A stretch of 63,984 nt of DNA, filler included, from Octopus bimaculoides (lineage: Eukaryota), in assembly GCF_001194135.2 (NCBI RefSeq). It is 6 parts of 6 records of this genome, joined end to end, with 100 filler letters (N's around TTAATTAATTAA, not from the genome) between each part and the next. Parts side by side here need not be neighbours in the genome. Positions count along the whole stretch, not along the records: positions 61,740 to 63,984 come from NW_026392264.1; 5 more parts are not named here. The stretch is one strand, 5' to 3'. Below are positions 61,640 to 63,984 of this stretch, piece by piece. Within the stretch, counting starts at the first letter, position 1; each line of letters starts with the position of its first letter. A program made the translations under genes and the position numbers. The notes beneath the pieces are model-generated. The model saw only the letters and a list, made by a program, of their open reading frames with translations. It did no database searches and was not told the origin of the DNA.

Positions 61640-61800
61640 NNNNNNNNNNNNNNNNNNNNNNNNNNNNNNNNNNNNNNNNNNNNTTAATTAATTAANNNNN
61701 NNNNNNNNNNNNNNNNNNNNNNNNNNNNNNNNNNNNNNNTATTATTATTATTATTATTATTATTACTGATAATAACTGGTGAACTATTTCACACACACGC

Positions 61801-61888
61801 GGCGGAATTTGAACTCAGAACGTAAAGACGGACGAAATGCCGCTAAGCATTTCGTCCGGCGTGGAAACGGTTCTGCCAGCTAGCCGCT
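61801..61888 (-). mobile_element. SINE family 2, head fragment
   Basis: GGCGGAATTTGAACTCAGAACGTAAAGACGGACGAAATGCCGCTAAGCATTTCG..CTGCCAGCTAGCCGC. Confidence 0.85.
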
Positions 61889-62293
61889 TTATTATTTACT
61901 AGAATATTGCTATTTGGCATTCGCAGATAGATACATGGCAGTAATGTTAAATTATGGATGGAAAAAGACAAAGTCGATTTTATGGTGTAAAGTAAATTTA
62001 TGATAATTATTTTATGAATTCTGCAATGGCAGAAAGGCAACGAAGACAACAACACGGTTTGGGATTTAAAATATAGAAACATATAACTAGATAATACGCC
62101 ATTTTAGCCCCAGCTTTTCCACCATGTTTCTTTTAATTCGCCGAAAATATCTTACGCACACACGTATACATACAGACACACATTCACACATATAATATAT
62201 AAAAAATATTATAGATATATTAGGTCTGTATATTATATTTCTGCATGTAAGTGCGTATCTCTCCTTCTCTCTCCTCTCCGTCTCTCATTATAC

Positions 62294-62352
<59 letters not shown>

Positions 62353-63563
62353 NNNNNNNNNNNNNNNNNNNNNNNNNNNNNNNNNNNNNNNNNNNNNNNN
62401 NNNNNNNNNNNNNNNNNNNNNNNNNNNNNNNNNNNNNNNNNNNNNNNNNNNNNNNNNNNNNNNNNNNNNNNNNNNNNNNNNNNNNNNNNNNNNNNNNNNN
62501 NNNNNNNNNNNNNNNNNNNNNNNNNNNNNNNNNNNNNNNNNNNNNNNNNNNNNNNNNNNNNNNNNNNNNNNNNNNNNNNNNNNNNNNNNNNNNNNNNNNN
62601 NNNNNNNNNNNNNNNNNNNNNNNNNNNNNNNNNNNNNNNNNNNNNNNNNNNNNNNNNNNNNNNNNNNNNNNNNNNNNNNNNNNNNNNNNNNNNNNNNNNN
62701 NNNNNNNNNNNNNNNNNNNNNNNNNNNNNNNNNNNNNNNNNNNNNNNNNNNNNNNNNNNNNNNNNNNNNNNNNNNNNNNNNNNNNNNNNNNNNNNNNNNN
62801 NNNNNNNNNNNNNNNNNNNNNNNNNNNNNNNNNNNNNNNNNNNNNNNNNNNNNNNNNNNNNNNNNNNNNNNNNNNNNNNNNNNNNNNNNNNNNNNNNNNN
62901 NNNNNNNNNNNNNNNNNNNNNNNNNNNNNNNNNNNNNNNNNNNNNNNNNNNNNNNNNNNNNNNNNNNNNNNNNNNNNNNNNNNNNNNNNNNNNNNNNNNN
63001 NNNNNNNNNNNNNNNNNNNNNNNNNNNNNNNNNNNNNNNNNNNNNNNNNNNNNNNNNNNNNNNNNNNNNNNNNNNNNNNNNNNNNNNNNNNNNNNNNNNN
63101 NNNNNNNNNNNNNNNNNNNNNNNNNNNNNNNNNNNNNNNNNNNNNNNNNNNNNNNNNNNNNNNNNNNNNNNNNNNNNNNNNNNNNNNNNNNNNNNNNNNN
63201 NNNNNNNNNNNNNNNNNNNNNNNNNNNNNNNNNNNNNNNNNNNNNNNNNNNNNNNNNNNNNNNNNNCATATACATGCACACACACATATATATATGTACA
63301 TGCATACAAACACACACACAAACACAAATATTCGCACAAATTTAGTCATAAACATGCACCTACGTGCATATATACATACATATGTATATAAATATGTGTG
63401 CGTATGCATGAGCGAGCCTCTGTATGTGTGCGTGTGTGCGTATATGTGATATGTGTGTATATGTATATGTATATATAAGTATGAATATTTGCGTTTGTGA
63501 ATATTGCATATATATAAATCTATTTATCTATCCTTGTATCCATCTATCTATGTGTCTGTCTGT

Positions 63564-63643
<80 letters not shown>

Positions 63644-63984
63644 GTACAGGCACAAACGGACACACACACATACATATGCACATACACACATACACACACA
63701 CATACATACATACATACATATATACACATACATACATTTATACATACTCACACATCCACATAATTCATGCATTAAGGCTCACGTTACGCAGTGAAGTGCA
63801 TGGAAACCCTTATAAATATCGATTTACACGAAGGACATTCACTTACATATTCAAAGCCACACACTCCAGCTAAAGCATCATCTATTTCTATTTGTACGCC
63901 ACACAACTACACCTCACACACATATATATACCTAGCAACGAATAAACACACACATACGGACACACCTCATATATATATATATAT

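Overview
AT-rich, gap-ridden eukaryotic (metazoan) genomic DNA; roughly 9 kb (about 14%) is N. No intact protein-coding gene, rRNA, bona fide tRNA or CRISPR array can be supported. Nearly all long ORFs in the track are artefacts of N-runs or microsatellites. The tRNA-derived SINE families and microsatellite load look to me like an octopus (coleoid cephalopod) draft assembly; this is an inference from recall, not a search. The window is an intronic or intergenic TE graveyard. It holds about 20 SINE copies from at least 4 families (three with clear TSDs), relics of RTE, Tx1/L1-like and R4/Dong-like LINEs, a decayed Ty3/Gypsy pol (RT-RNaseH-IN), a Helitron PIF1 helicase relic, a probable Penelope RT relic, six Tc1/mariner-type pieces (one near full length with both TIRs, one DD41D) and a piggyBac-like MITE. 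The most unusual signals are hammerhead-ribozyme-like motifs in Penelope-like terminal repeats. These include a type II-like arrangement inside a 440-bp spacer-less palindrome (59.67-60.11 kb) with a same-spacing homologue at 3.8 kb, and type I-like motifs at 49.8 and 51.6 kb. Also notable are a hairpin with inverted TTAGGG repeats next to a Helitron-like end (6.3 kb), tail-to-tail dimeric SINEs, and a 3' tail shared between that SINE and the Tx1-like LINE. A few possible host exons are flagged at low confidence.
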